A stretch of DNA of 64,000 nucleotides, from contig NC_058383.1 in the NCBI RefSeq assembly GCF_018350175.1, positions 16,680,001 to 16,744,000 of the forward strand, read 5' to 3'. This DNA is from Felis catus. Lineage: Eukaryota. Positions 28,312 through 41,302 of the stretch are shown here, piece by piece. The position numbers and the translations under genes are program-made. The notes beneath the pieces were generated by a model. It saw nothing but the letters and a program-made list of their open reading frames with translations, had not been told where the DNA came from and ran no database searches. Positions within the stretch are counted from its first letter, which is position 1, and each line of letters begins with the position of its first letter.

Positions 28312-29241
28312 TTTGGATAGTCCCTGGTGTGGTGAGGACCTGCAGGGCACCTCCCCTATGCTGTGGTGTATAACTGGAGTCGGTGGGCGGGGCCGCAGTC
28401 AGACCTGATGTCTGCCCCCAGCCCACTGCTGGGGCCACAGTCAGACTGGTGTGTGCCTTCTCTTCCCCTCTCCTAGGGGTGGGATTCACTGTGGGGTGGC
28501 GTGGCCCGTCTGGGCTACTTGCACACTGCCAGGCTTGTGATGCTGGGGATCTGGCGTATTAGCTGGGGTGGGTAGGCAAGGTGCACAGGGGCAGGAGGGG
28601 CAGGCTTAGATCGCTTCTCCTTAGGTGATCCTCTTCAGGAGGGGCCCTGTGGCAGCGGGAGGGAGTCAGATCCGCTGCCGGAGGTTTGGCTCCACAGAAG
28701 CACAGAGTTGGGTGTTTGCGCGGAGCGAGCAAGTTCCCTGGCAGGAACTGGTTCTCTTTGGGATTTTGGCTGGGGGATGGGCGGGGGAGATGGCGCTGGT
28801 GAGTGCCTTTGTTCCCCACCAAACTGAGCTCTGTCGTCCGGGGGCTCAGCAGCTCTCCCTCCCTTTGTCCTCCAGCCTTCCTGCTTTCCGAGCAGAGCTG
28901 TTAACTTATGACCTCCCAGACGCTAAGTCGCATTTGCTGTCGGAACACAGTCCGTCAGGCCCCTCCGCTTTTGCCAGCCAGACTCGGGGGCTCTGCTTGG
29001 CCGGCGAGCCGCCCCTCCGCCCAGCTCCCTCCCGCCAGTCCGTGGAGTGCGCACCGCCTCGCCGCCCTTCCTACCCTCTTCCGTGGGCCTCTCGTCTGCG
29101 TTTGGCTCCGGCGACTCCGTTCTGCTAATCCTCTGGCGTTTTTCTGGATTATTTAGGCAGGTGTAGGTGGAATCTAAGTGATCAGCAGGACGTGCGGTGA
29201 GCCCAGCATCCTCCTACGCCGCCATCTTGCCGCTTCCCCTC
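28312..29241 (-). promoter_or_regulatory. L1 5'UTR internal promoter, CpG-rich, with YY1-type motif
   Basis: High CpG density compared with flanks; AAGATGGC on minus strand at 29221-29228 near the 5' end. Confidence 0.8.
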
Positions 29242-29550
29242 TGTTAGGTTTCTCAAGATCCACATATGAGTAAAAACGTATGATACCTGTCATTCTCTGA
29301 CTGACTTATTTCACTCAGCATTTTACTTTCCAGCTCCATCCACGTTGTTGCAAATGGCATGATTTAATTCTTTCTCATTGCCAAGCAGTATTCCATTGTA
29401 TATATAAACCACATCTTCTTTATCCATTCATCATTTGATGGACATTTAGACTCTTTCCATGATTTGGCTATTGTTGAAAGTGCTGCTATAAACATTACAG
29501 TACATGTGCAATAGCACTACTAGGCATTTACCCAAGGGATACAGGAGTGT
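29242..29550 (-). mobile_element. L1 3' fragment with a short 5' inversion (29508-29550 on +)
   Basis: 29242-29508 is the reverse complement of the L1 ORF2 end/3'UTR; 29508-29550 is the adjacent upstream L1 segment in the opposite orientation. Confidence 0.85.
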
Positions 29551-31270
29551 TAATAATTAATTTGAATGTAAATGGGCTAAATAGTCAAACTGAAAACATA
29601 GGAAGAATTGATTAAAACACAAGACCCATGAACGTGCTGCCTCCAAGAGACCGAATTTAGACCTAAAGACACCTGCAGATTAAAAGTGAGAGGATGGAGT
29701 AGCGTTTGTCATGCAAATGGTTGCCAAAAGAAAGCTGAAGCAGCAATTCGTAGACAAAATAGACTTTAAAACAAAGACTCTAACAAGAGACAAAAAAGAC
29801 ACTATATCATAATAAAGGGGACAATCCAACAAGAAGATACAACAATTGTAAGTATTTATGCACCCAACTTAAGACACCCAAATAAATTAAACAGTTAATA
29901 ACCAACAAAGAAACTAATGGATAATAATACAATACTAATAGGAGACTTTAACACCCCAGTTACAACAATGGACAGATCATCTAAACTGAAAACAAACAAG
30001 GAAACATGGCTTCGAATGACACGCTGGTCCAGGTGGACTTAACAGGTATATTCAGATTGTTCCATCCTAAACACATTCTCTATAAGTGCACATGGGACAT
30101 TCTCAGAACACGTCACATGTTAGGTCACAAAATAGATCCCAAAAGACTGAAGTCATTCCATGCACCTTTTCTGCCAACAGCACTATGAAACTAGAAGTCA
30201 GCCAGAAGAAAAAAATCTGGAAAGACCACAAATATATGGAAAAACATGTTACTAAACAATGAATATGTCAGTCAGGAGAAAAAAAGGAAAAAGAAAATTT
30301 AAAAGTGCATTGAAAAATCCAAAATCCATAAAGAACTTATCAAACTCAACACCCCAAAACCAAATAATATAGTGAAATGGGCAAAATACATGAATAGACA
30401 CCTCTCCAGAGAAGACATCCAGATGGCCAACTGACACATGAAAAAATGCTCAACATCACTCATCATCAGGAACATACAAATCAAAACCAAAGGAGATACC
30501 ATTTCACACCTGTCAGAATGGCTAACATTAACAACTCAGGCAACAACAGATGTTGGCATGGATGTGGAGAAAGAGGAACTCTCTTGCACTGTTGGTGGGA
30601 AGGCAAACTGGTGCAGCCATTCTGGAGAACAGTATGGAGGTTCCTCATAAAATAAAAAATAGAACTACCCTACTACCCAGCAATTGCACTACTAGGTATT
30701 TATCCAAAGGATATAGGAGTGGTGATTCGAAGGGGCACATGCACCCCAATGTTTATAGCAGCACTATCAACAATAGCCAAAGTATAGAAAAAGCCTGAAT
30801 GTCCATTGACTGGTGAATGGGTAAAGAAGATGTAGTGTATACATACACAATGGAATACTACTGGACGAGCAAGAATAATGAAATCGTGCCACTTGCAACA
30901 CCATGGATGGAATTAGAGTATACTGTGTTAAGTGAAATAAGCCAGTCAGAGAAAGAAAATATTATAGGCTATCACTCATATGTGGAATTTGAGAAGCACA
31001 ACAGGTGAACATAGGGGAAGGGAAGAAAAAAATAAGACAAAAACAGAGGGAGGCAAACCATAAGAGACTCTTAAGTACAGAGAATAAACTGAGGACTGCT
31101 GCAGGGGTGTTGGGTGGGGGGATGGGCTAAATGGGTGATGGTCATTAAGGAAGGCACTTGTAAGGATGAGCACTGGGTGTTACATATAAGTGATGAATCA
31201 CTGGGTGCTACTCCTGAAACCAATGCTACACTGTACGTTAACTTCAATTTAATTGAACAAATTTAAAAAA
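29551..31270 (+). mobile_element. Older L1: decayed ORF2 EN region joined at ~30320 to ORF2 C-terminus and 3'UTR
   Basis: aatgtaaatgggctaaat and tgctgcctccaagagac EN motifs; [17 protein letters not shown]; 3'UTR ending ~31270. Confidence 0.88.
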
Positions 31271-32880
31271 TGAAACAGAATAGAAAGCACAGAGATCCAC
31301 ACATACAAATTCAATTAATCTTCAACTAAGCAGGAAAGAATATCCAATGGGAAAAGACAGTCTCTTCAAAGAACTGTGTTGGGAAAACTGGACAGCATCA
31401 TGCAAAAGAATGAATGTAAACCGCTTCTTTACACCATACACTTAAATAAACAAAACATAGATTAAGGACCTAAATGTGAGACCCAAAGCCATAAAAATCC
31501 TAGAACACAACACAAGTAGTAACTTCTTTGACATCAGCCATGAAAACTTCTTTCAATATATGTCCCCTGAGGCCAGAGAAGCTAAAGCAAAAATAAATCT
31601 TGGGACTATATCGGATAAAAAGCTTCTGCACAGTGAAGTAAACAGTGAACAACAGTAAAAAGCAACTTATGGAATGGGAGAAGATATTTGCAAATGACAT
31701 ATCTAATAAAGAGCTAATATCCAAAATACACAGAGAACTGATATAACATAAGGCCCAAACAACAAATAGTCAAATTAAAAACTGGAAAGAAAACATGAAC
31801 AGACATTTCTCCAAAGAAGACATACAGATGGTAACAGACACAGGAAAAATGCTTATCATCACTTACTATCAAGGAAATGCAAATCAAAACCACAATGAGA
31901 AACTACCTCACACCTGTCAGAATGGCAAAAATCAAAAATACAAGAAGCAATAAGTGTTGGCAAGGATGTGGAGAAAAGGAAACTGTTCTTGGAAATGCGA
32001 AGTGGTGAGGCCACTGTGTAAAACAATGCGGAAGTTCCTCTAAAAGTTAAAAATACAATTACCTTATGATCCAGTATAGCACAACTGGGTATTTATCCAA
32101 GGAATAAAAGAACACAAATTCAAGAGGATGCATGCACCTTGGGGCTCCTGGACAGCTCAGTCAGTTAAGCGTCCAACTTCCCCTCATGTCATGATCTCAT
32201 GGTTTGTGAATTCAAGCCCTGCATCAGGCTCTGTTCTGACAGCTCAGAGCCTGGAGCCTGCTTCAGATTCTGTGTCTCCCTCTCTCTCTGCCCCTCCCCT
32301 GCTCTCTCTCTCTCTCTCTCAAAAATAAATAAACCTTAAATTTTTTAATGCATACATGAACCCGTGTGTTTATAGCAGCATTGTTTACAATAACCAAGAT
32401 ATGGAAGCAGCCCAAGTATCCATAAATGGATGAATGGATAAAGAGGATGTGATATACATACGATGGAATACTATTCAGCCATAAGAAGGAATGCAATCTT
32501 TCCTTTTGTAAGGACATGGATGGAGCTAGAGAATATGATTCTAAGTGAAATAAGTCAGTCAAAAAAATACAAATACCATATAATTTTACTCATACATGGG
32601 TTTAAGAAACAAACAAGCAAAGGGAAAAAATAAGAGAGAGAGAGAGTATAGACAATCAGGAAGCAGACTCTTAAGAAGAGAGAACAATCAGATAGTATCA
32701 GAGGGGAGGTGGATGGGAGCATGGTTGGTTAAATAGGTGATGAGAATTAAGAGATGTACGTGTCATAAAGAGCACAGGGTGATACATGGAATTGTATACC
32801 TGAAAGTAATATAACTCTGCATATTAACTAACTGGAATTAAAGAAACAAAAAATAAGATACAGTGTAAAAAAAGGAAAAA
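31271..32880 (+). mobile_element. Older L1 3' portion (ORF2 end + 3'UTR), interrupted by a SINE
   Basis: Decayed ORF2 (aagaatatccaatgggaaaagacagtctcttc; agacatttctccaaagaagacatacagatgg), 3'UTR, A-rich end. Confidence 0.88.
32141..32345 (+). mobile_element. Carnivore tRNA-derived SINE (SINEC/Can-SINE family)
   Basis: gggg..cctgg..gctcagtcagttaag head, ctgacagctcagagcctggagcctg body, (CT)n, aaaaataaataaa. Confidence 0.93.
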
Positions 32881-34144
32881 TTAAGTGAGTACCTATCCAA
32901 TTGTTTACTAGGTGAATTACATACAACTGTCTTATGGCACTCTTGCCATGCCTGCAGTGGGTTAATAGCTACCTTGAAGGAAGTTACAATGTCCTCCAAG
33001 GCACAGAGCACAGAGACTCCTTCTCATGTAGCCTCCTCCTGCTACCTTGCATTCAGAAATACTTAGCAGTAGTTTTTCAGGCATTGAAGAAAAATCAGGA
33101 TGAAAATATTTTAAAGATAAAGGAGGCTTAACAATGGAATATCAGTGGGAAATACTCTGTGCATGCCATCCTGTGCCTGTACTTGTGACATTCTTGATCT
33201 ACCTCAAATACAGGTTCATTTTGTATGAATTCCTTGAACCACCACCCATCCTTGCTCTGTGCCCAGCACTATATCTTTATTAGTGACCATAGCAAAACAT
33301 GATCTATGCCCACATGGAGATCACTTCTAATGAGGAATACAGAAGTGAAAATGGGGGCCCATGTGGTTAGCAGGGATGGTGGGTAACAGCAATGGATCAT
33401 TTAAGAGACCTGAAACTCAAAGTAAACTTCTTCCAAAAGGAAAATTTGGCACATAGGTTTTGTAAAAGTAATTCATTAGAGCTTTTGGAAGTGTATTTTT
33501 ATATTGAACAAAAGGTGTGTCATAATTTCCCCTGTGTATTTATTCATAGAACAAAGAAATAAACTGGAGTGGATGAGGTATATGTCTGGCAATTTGTCTC
33601 ACCAATTTATAGCACTTTGGCAGAAATCTTCTAGGCCTCTTTATTTTTTTAAGGGCTTCTGTAATCCTGTGGAAATCAAATCATTCTCTTTGGAAACCTG
33701 CATTGTGTCATCTTCTTTATCAAATTTCCTTTCTTTGATTAGGAAGCAGCTTAACCAAACCAGGTTACATTTGCCATCAGCTTTCTGTGTTATTTGGAAA
33801 GACAAAATTAGGGTAGTGAAGGAAATAAAAATCCTGGTATTCAGAGACAATCGCAGCCTGTACTATTTTTCTACATATGACCATTATTTTCACAGAATGG
33901 AATCACAATGTGAATTTGGATATTTGGTTTGGTTAGTTGTTTGTTTGTTTGTTTGTTTCATTTTAACATGGAGACCCTGGTCCATATCCTTAAATATCCA
34001 TTTATATTGTTTTTCAATTTGTTTACTCATCATAGGGAATAAACTTCACCTGATGACAGTGCCGTAAATAGTACACAGAAATGAGAACAAGTAAGCATAG
34101 AAGGAGTGCTCTCTAACATTTTCCTTAAAAAAATCATAACATAG

Positions 34145-34730
34145 TGACTGCATTAGTTTGCATTTCAGCCAGAAGTGCAAGAGTGTTCCCCTTTCTCCAT
34201 AACCTCACCAACAACTGGTGTTTCATGTGTTGTTAATTTTACCCATTCTAACAGGTGTGAGGTGGTATGGCATCATGGTTTTGCTTTGCATTCCCTAATG
34301 ATGAGTGATGTTGACCATCTTTCCATGTGTCTGTTGGCTGTGTAGAAGTCTTCTTTGGAAAAGTGTCTATTCATGTCTTTTCCCAGTTCATAAGTGGGCT
34401 GTTTGGTTTTTTGGGTGTTGAGTTTGATATGTTGTTTCTAGATTTTGGATATCATTTTGGATCATATCATCATGGATCATATCATTTTGGATACCTTTAT
34501 CATATATGTCGTTTTCAAATATCTTCTCCCATTCCATAGGCAGGTTTAGTTCTGTTGTTTCCTTCACTGTGCAAAAGCTTTTTATCTTGATAAGAATATC
34601 ACTCAGACATCAAAATGCATGGAGTCTAGCCATTTGTAGCTATTTAGCTATAACTAGAATGTACTATGCTAAGCAAAACGAGTCCATCTGAGAAAGACAA
34701 GTATACATTTTCATGCATATGTGAAATTTA
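34145..34730 (-). mobile_element. Decayed L1 ORF2-end fragment (minus) with an adjacent plus-oriented 3' piece at ~34620-34730
   Basis: ccattctaacaggtgtgaggtggtat...tttggaaaagtgtctattcatgtc is the reverse complement of L1; tatgctaagc..agaaagacaagta on +. Confidence 0.8.
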
Positions 34731-34734
34731 ACTT

Positions 34735-36364
34735 TCAGACTTTCAGCTTGGAAGTCTGGTGGTTTCCTTGTGATGGTGAGATATGTATTGCATTGGGCCC
34801 TTTTCAATTTGCTTTCACAATTATGTGGCAACCTCCAAACCTAGGGTGTGTCAAGGTGCCCACAGAGAATGCTCTTGGGTAGGCTAAGCCAAAGTTTATA
34901 GGAGGATCCCACTTCCTGATGGGACAAGAGGACAGTAGGATAGATATAGCCATCCTCGATTTGACCCGTGCCCATATGAATGCAGAACCTTGACTCACTT
35001 TGTTGTCATCCCTTACCGATGGATGTTTTTCTTACTTGGACTCAGTTCACACCTCTGCCTTCCAGCTGGGAGTCTGGTCTTGTCCTTGTGACTGAGGGAG
35101 AGAATTTTCCACAGGGCTCCTTATTGCTTACTTGAGTTTCAGAAGTATGTGGCCATCTTGGGGCCCAAGGCATTCGAAGGTGCTCAGGAGGCTTGTTTAA
35201 GCTGAAGTAGACATTTGGGAGGGAACTGGTCTCCTTCTGGTCCAAGGGCAAATGAATTTAAGTTATCTCCTTTCCAGATTGATCCCAATTCCCATTGGAA
35301 CATCAAGTTTTGGCCTTCCTTGCACACATTCCCTTCCCCTTGCTGTTTTCTGACAAAGATTCCCCCCCGCCCTTGGAGCCATGGAGTCATAACCCACTAG
35401 GTGGCCACAAATTCCCACTCTTGTCCTGTAATGAGTGAGAGCAACCAATATCTGCCATACCAAAGGATAGCTATCCTTTCATCCTTGAGGGCTTGCTGGT
35501 TAGCGTGCTGTTCTATGGAACATGAAGGAGAGCCAGCTTGCCTCACCGACCTGGATGAATGAGTGCCCTTCATTCTGAGAAGCAATTTGCACATGGGCAT
35601 TATTGTCCAGAAGGTGGTCAACACAAGAAGGCCCCTTTCCAGGAATACAGAACAAAGTCCTTATTCTGGACTCCTGAGCAAGATCTGGCAGAACCCAATA
35701 GCTGCAGCTCAAACACTGTTGCCTCCATAAACTGATGGAAAACTGGGAGGGATAAAAACAGAAATCTCTGGCTTCTAAAGTAATAATGCAGGATTCCTTC
35801 TGCCTGGGCTCCCAGGTATATTCCTTCAGAGGGCTCTCATTGCCTAAGCCCATAGACATTTCATATTCTGGAAACAACCAGGTTGACAGGAGACTGTGCT
35901 GAGTTTTCCATTCTCAACATTCTCCAAATCTCATGTGTGTTGAAGAACTCATGCAATCTGTGTCTCCATTTCCACAGCTTAGCCCTTTTTTTGGAAAAAA
36001 TGGATTTGCATGGAATGTATTCAGAGCCAGTGTCAGAGTACTATCTTCTTTCAGCACATGAGTCTGGTGGTGTCCTTGAGGTGTTGAGGTAGGTATTGCA
36101 TTGGTCCCTTCTCAATTTGTTTTCAGAATTGTGTGCCAATTTTCAAAACTTGGCTGTGTGGAAGTGCCCAGGGAGAATGTTGTGATTAAGCTAAGCCTGG
36201 CGGTAGGGGAGTATACTGCCTCCTTTGTGGGACAAGAGGATGGAAGACAGCTATCAGCTTTATCAATTTGACTCGTGGCCATTTGAATGCAGATCTTGGT
36301 ACCAACTTGTCATTCCTAATCCATTGCTGCTTTTCTAACTTGGATGCAATTTACACTTCTAGAC
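34735..36364 (+). repeat. Detached block of the ~1-kb repeat (partial A, C, partial A monomers)
   Basis: Anchors at ~34812, 35138, 36121; internal deletion junction at ~35050. Confidence 0.9.
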
Positions 36365-39300
36365 AATGGGGCTATCCACCCAGAAAACAGAGCTCAGCTT
36401 GGCAGGGAACAAAAGCACTGGCCAGCGCCATCTCCTTCGCCCATCCCCCAGCCAAAATCCCAAAGGGAACCAGTTGCCCTCATGGAACTTGCTTGCCCCG
36501 GGCAAACACCCAATGCTGTGCTCCTATGGATTCATCCCTCAGATGGGTCTGCCTGCCTCCCTCCCGGTGCTGCAGGGCCCCTCCTGCAGGGGACCACTGA
36601 CAGCAAAGCGAGCTAAGCCTGCCTCTCCCGCCCCTGTGAACCTTGTGGATCCACCCCGGCTAATACGCCAGATCCCATAGAAACAGCATCACAAGCCTGG
36701 CAGTGTGCAAGTAGCCCAGACAGGGGCCACATCACTCCACAGTGAGTCCCGCCCCTGGGAAAGGGGAAGAAAGGTACACACCAGTCTGACTGTGGCCTCA
36801 ATGGTGGGCTGGGGGCAGATATCAGGTCTGACTGCAGCCCCGCCCACCAACAGAAGTTACTCCAGACAGCACAGTGCTGCAGTTCCACACCACTCCAGGG
36901 ACTATCCAAAATGACGAAACAGAAGAATTATCCTCAAAAGAAACTCCAGGAAGTAGCGACAGCTAACGAATTGACCCAAAAAGATTTAAGCAATATAACA
37001 GAACATGAATTTAAAATAATAGTCATAAAATTAATTGCTGGGCTTGAAAAAAGTATACAGGGCAGCAGATAATCTATTGTTACAGAGATCAAGGGACTAA
37101 GAAATAGTCAGGAGGAGCTAAAAAATGCCATAAATGAGGTGCAAAATAAAATGGAGGTGACCACAGCTTGGATTGAAGAGGCAGAGGAGAGAATAGGTGA
37201 ATTAGAAGATAAAATTATTGAAAAAGAGGAAGCTGAGAAAAAGAGAGATAAAAAAATCCAGGAGTATGAGTGGAGAAATAGAGAACTAAGTGATGCTATG
37301 AAACGCAACAATATCCGTATAATAGGGATTCCATAGGAGGAAGAGAGAGAGAAAGGGGCTGAAGATGTACCTGAACAAATCATAGCTGAGAACTTCCCTG
37401 GTCTGGGGAAGGAAAAAGGCATTGAAATCCAACAGGCACAGAGAACTCCCTTCAGACATAACTTGAATCAATCTTCTGCATCACAAGTCATAGTGAAACT
37501 GGAGAAATACAAGGATAAAGAGAAAATTCTGAAAGCAGCTAGGGATAAACACGCTCTAACATATAAAGGGAGACCGATAAGTCTAGTGACAGATCTATCT
37601 ACTGAAACTTGGCACACCAGAAAGGAATGGCAGGAAATCTTCAATGTGATGAACAGGAAAAATATGCATCCAAGAATCCTTTATGCAGCAAGCCATCATT
37701 CAGAATAGAAGGAGAGATAAAGGTCTTCCCAAACTAACAAAAACTGAAGGAATTCATCACCACTAAACCAGCCCTACAAGAGATCCTAAGGGGGATTCTG
37801 TGAGTGAAATGTTGGAAGGACCACAAAGTACCAGAGATATCACTACAAGCATGAAACCTACAAACATCACAATGACTCTAAACCCATATCTTTCTATAAT
37901 AACACTGAATGTAAACAGACTAAATGCTCCAACCAAAAGACATAGGATATCAGAATGGATAAAAAAAAAACAAGACCCATCTATTTGCTGTCTACAAGAG
38001 ACTCGTTTTAGACCTGAGAACACCCTCAGATTGAAAGTGAGGGGATGGAGAACTATCTATCATGCCACTGGAAGTCAAAAGAAAGCTGGAGTAGCCATAC
38101 CTATATCAGACAAACTAGACTTTAAATTAAAGGCTGTAACAAGAGCTGAAGAAGGGCATTATGTAATAATTGCAGGGTCTATCCATCAGGAAGAGCTAAC
38201 AATTATAAATGTCTATGCACCAAATATGGGAGCCCCCAAATATATAAAACAATTGATCACAAACATAAGCAACCTTATTGATAAGAATGTGGTAATTGCA
38301 GAAACTTTAATACTCCACTTACAACAATGGATAGATCATCTAGACACAGGGTCAATAAGGAAACAAGGGCCCTGAATGATACATTGGATCAAATGGACTT
38401 GACAGATATATTTAGAACACTGCATCCCAAAGCAACGAAATATACTTTCTACTCGAGTGCACATGGAACATTCTCCAAAAGAGATCACATACTGGGTCAC
38501 AAAACAGCCCTTCATAAGTATAAAAGAATTGAGATCACACCTTGCACACTTTCAGACCACAATGCTATGAAACTTGAAATCAACCACAGGAGTCTGGAAA
38601 ACCTCCAAAAGCATGGAGGTTAAAGAACACGCTACTAACGAATGAATGGGTCAACCAAGCAATTAGAGAAGAAATTTAAAAATATATGGAAACAAATGAA
38701 AATGAAAATACAACAATCCAAACGCTTTGGGATGCAGCGAAGGCAGTCTTGAGAGGAAAATACATTGCAATCCAGGCCTATCTGGAAACAAGAAAAATCA
38801 CAAATACAAAATCTAACAGCACACCTAAAGGAAATAGAAGCAGCAGCAAAGACACCCCAAACCCAGCAGAAGAAGAGAAATAATAAAGATCAGAGCAGAA
38901 ATAAACACTATAGAATCTAAAAAAAAAAACTGTAGAGCAGATCAATGAAACCAAGAGTTGGTTTTTTGAAAAAATAAACAAAATTGATAAATCTCTAGCC
39001 AGACTTCTCAAAAAGAAAAGGGAGATGACCCAAATATATAAAATCATGAATGAAAATGGAATTATTACAATCAATCCCTCAGAGATACAAGCAGTTATCA
39101 GGGAATACTATGAAAAATTGTATGCCAACAAACTGGACAACCTGGAAGAAATGGACAAATTCCTAAGCACCCACACCCTTCCAAAACTCAAATAGGAATA
39201 AATAGAAAACTTGAACAGACCCATAACCTGTGAAGAAATGGAATAAGTTATCAAACATCTCCCAACAAATAAGAGGCCAGGACCAGATGGCTTCCCAGGG

Positions 39301-40810
39301 GAATTTTACCAGGCATTTAAAGCAGATATACTACCTATCCTTCTCAACCTGTTCCAAAAAATAGAAAGGGAAGGAAAATTTCCAGACTCATTCTATGAAG
39401 CCAGCATTACTTTGATTCCCAAACCAGACAGAGACCCAGCAAAAAAAAAAAGAAAAGAAAAGAAAACTGCAGGCCAATATCCCTGATGAATATGGATGCA
39501 GAAATTCTCAATAAGATACTAGCAAATAGAATTCAACAGCATATAAAAAAAAATTATACACCATGATCAAGTGGGATTCATTCCTGGACTGCAGGGCTGG
39601 TTCAACATTTGCAAATCAGTGTGATACATCACATTAATAAAAGAAAAGAAAAGAAAAGAGCCATATGATCCGGTCAATAGATGCAGAAAAAGCATTTGAC
39701 AATCTCTTACTTGACACATCCCAAAGGCAAGGGAATTAAAAGCAAAAATAAACTATTGGGACCTCATGAGGATAAAAAGCTTCTGCACTGCAAAGGAAAC
39801 AATCAACAAAACTAAAAGGCAACCAACGGAATGGGAAAAGATATTTTCAAATGACATATCGGAGAAAGGGGTAGTATCCAAATCTATAAAGAGCTCACCA
39901 AACCCACACCCGAAAAACAAATAATCCAGTGAAGAAATGGGCAGAAAATATGAATAGGGACTTCTCTAAAGAAGACATCCGGATGGCCAACAGGCACATG
40001 AAAAGATGCTCAATGTCGCTCCTTATCAGGGAAATACAAATCAAAACCACACTCAGATAGCACCTCATGCCAGTCAGAGTGGCTAAAATGAACAAATCAG
40101 GAGACTATAGATGCTGGCGAGGGGATGGACAAACGGGAACCCTCTTGCACTGTCGGTGGGAATGCAAACTGGTGCAGCTGCTTTGGAAAACAGTGTGGAG
40201 GTTCCTCAAAAAATTAAAAATAGATCTACCCTACGACCCAGCAGTAGCACTGCTAGGAATTTACCCAAGGGATACAGGAGTGCTGAAGCATAGGGGCACT
40301 TGTACCCCAATGTTTATAGCAGCACTTTCAACAATAGCCAAATTATGGAAAGAGTCTAAATGTCCATCAACTGATGAATGGATAAAGAAATTGTGGTTTA
40401 TATACACAATGGAATACTACGTGGCAATGAGAAAGAATGAAATATGGTCTTTTGTAGCAATGTGGATGGAACTATAGAGTGTTATGCTAAATGAAATAAG
40501 TCATACAGAGAAAGACAGATACCATATGTTTTCATTCTTATGTGGATCCTGAGAAACTTAACAGAAGTCCATGGGAGAGGGGAAGAAAACAATAAGAGGT
40601 TAGAGGGGGGGGGAGCCAAAACATAAGAGACTCTTAAAAACTGAGAACAAACTGAGGGTTGGTGGGGGGTGGGTGGGAGAGTAAAGTGGGTGATGGGCAC
40701 TGAGGAGGGCATCTGTTGGGATGAGCACTGGGTGTTGTATGGAAACTAATCTGACAGTAAATTTCGTATTAATTTTTTTTAATTTTAAAAATAAAAATTT
40801 TTTAAAAAGA
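36365..40810 (+). mobile_element. Felid L1 starting within the 5'UTR; ORF1 and ORF2 disrupted; internal deletion at ~39700
   Basis: ORF1 from ATG 36911 has stops; ORF2 from ATG 37872 is frameshifted; sequence jumps from AEKAFD to NLLLDTS; 3'UTR and tail to ~40810. Confidence 0.97.
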
Positions 40811-41302
40811 GCAAGGGGATGGAATGGATACACAGAAAACCAAAGATCTCTGTTTCAGATGAGAATGGGATAATTCTGGAAATGAAGCAAATAGCACAAT
40901 CTCCTAGAAAGCTCACTGTTTTCTGAGTGAACAAACATACGTGGGTTGAGTAGATGGGAATCACCCATCTGCTAAGCCTGAGAGCCCTATCTGCAACATC
41001 TGTGCATTATTATCTCAGATACAGCAAGTAATCTTTTGGACCTCACCTTTTTTCCTGCCCTTTCATTCAATGGATAGAGGCAGTGATAATTTGGTGATGG
41101 TGGTGGTGGCTCTCAGTTAACACCTAATTGTGTGGAACAGGGGTCTGGTCTTGTAAACTTTGATTGATCTTTTTCTTTGTTAAAAAGAGTAGGGATTGCA
41201 ATGTGCCTAGCCAAACTTCAGCTGCTGAAATTCAGGCAATTCAGGCAGCAGGGGAGAAGGTCTTACAGGGTGACCATTGTCATGCCAACAACATCCTGCT
41301 TT

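Larger units (their letters stand above)
24369..29241 (-). mobile_element. Young felid L1, 5'-complete but 3'-truncated inside ORF2
   Basis: CpG-rich 5'UTR starting gaggggaagcggcaagatggcg; intact ORF1; ORF2 with EN and RT domains (FADDM); ends at ...NLLLDTSPK with no 3'UTR or poly-A. Confidence 0.98.

Noticed and set aside
24380..29156. Plus-strand ORFs antisense to the L1
   Set aside because: Usual antisense shadows of L1 ORF1/ORF2 and the GC-rich UTR
24369..29241. Retrotransposition-competent L1
   Set aside because: ORF2 has a frameshift near 25430 and lacks the C-terminus, 3'UTR and poly-A
33504..34067. 187-aa ORF as a gene
   Set aside because: Non-ATG start, AT-rich, includes a (TTTG)n tract and resembles no protein I recognise
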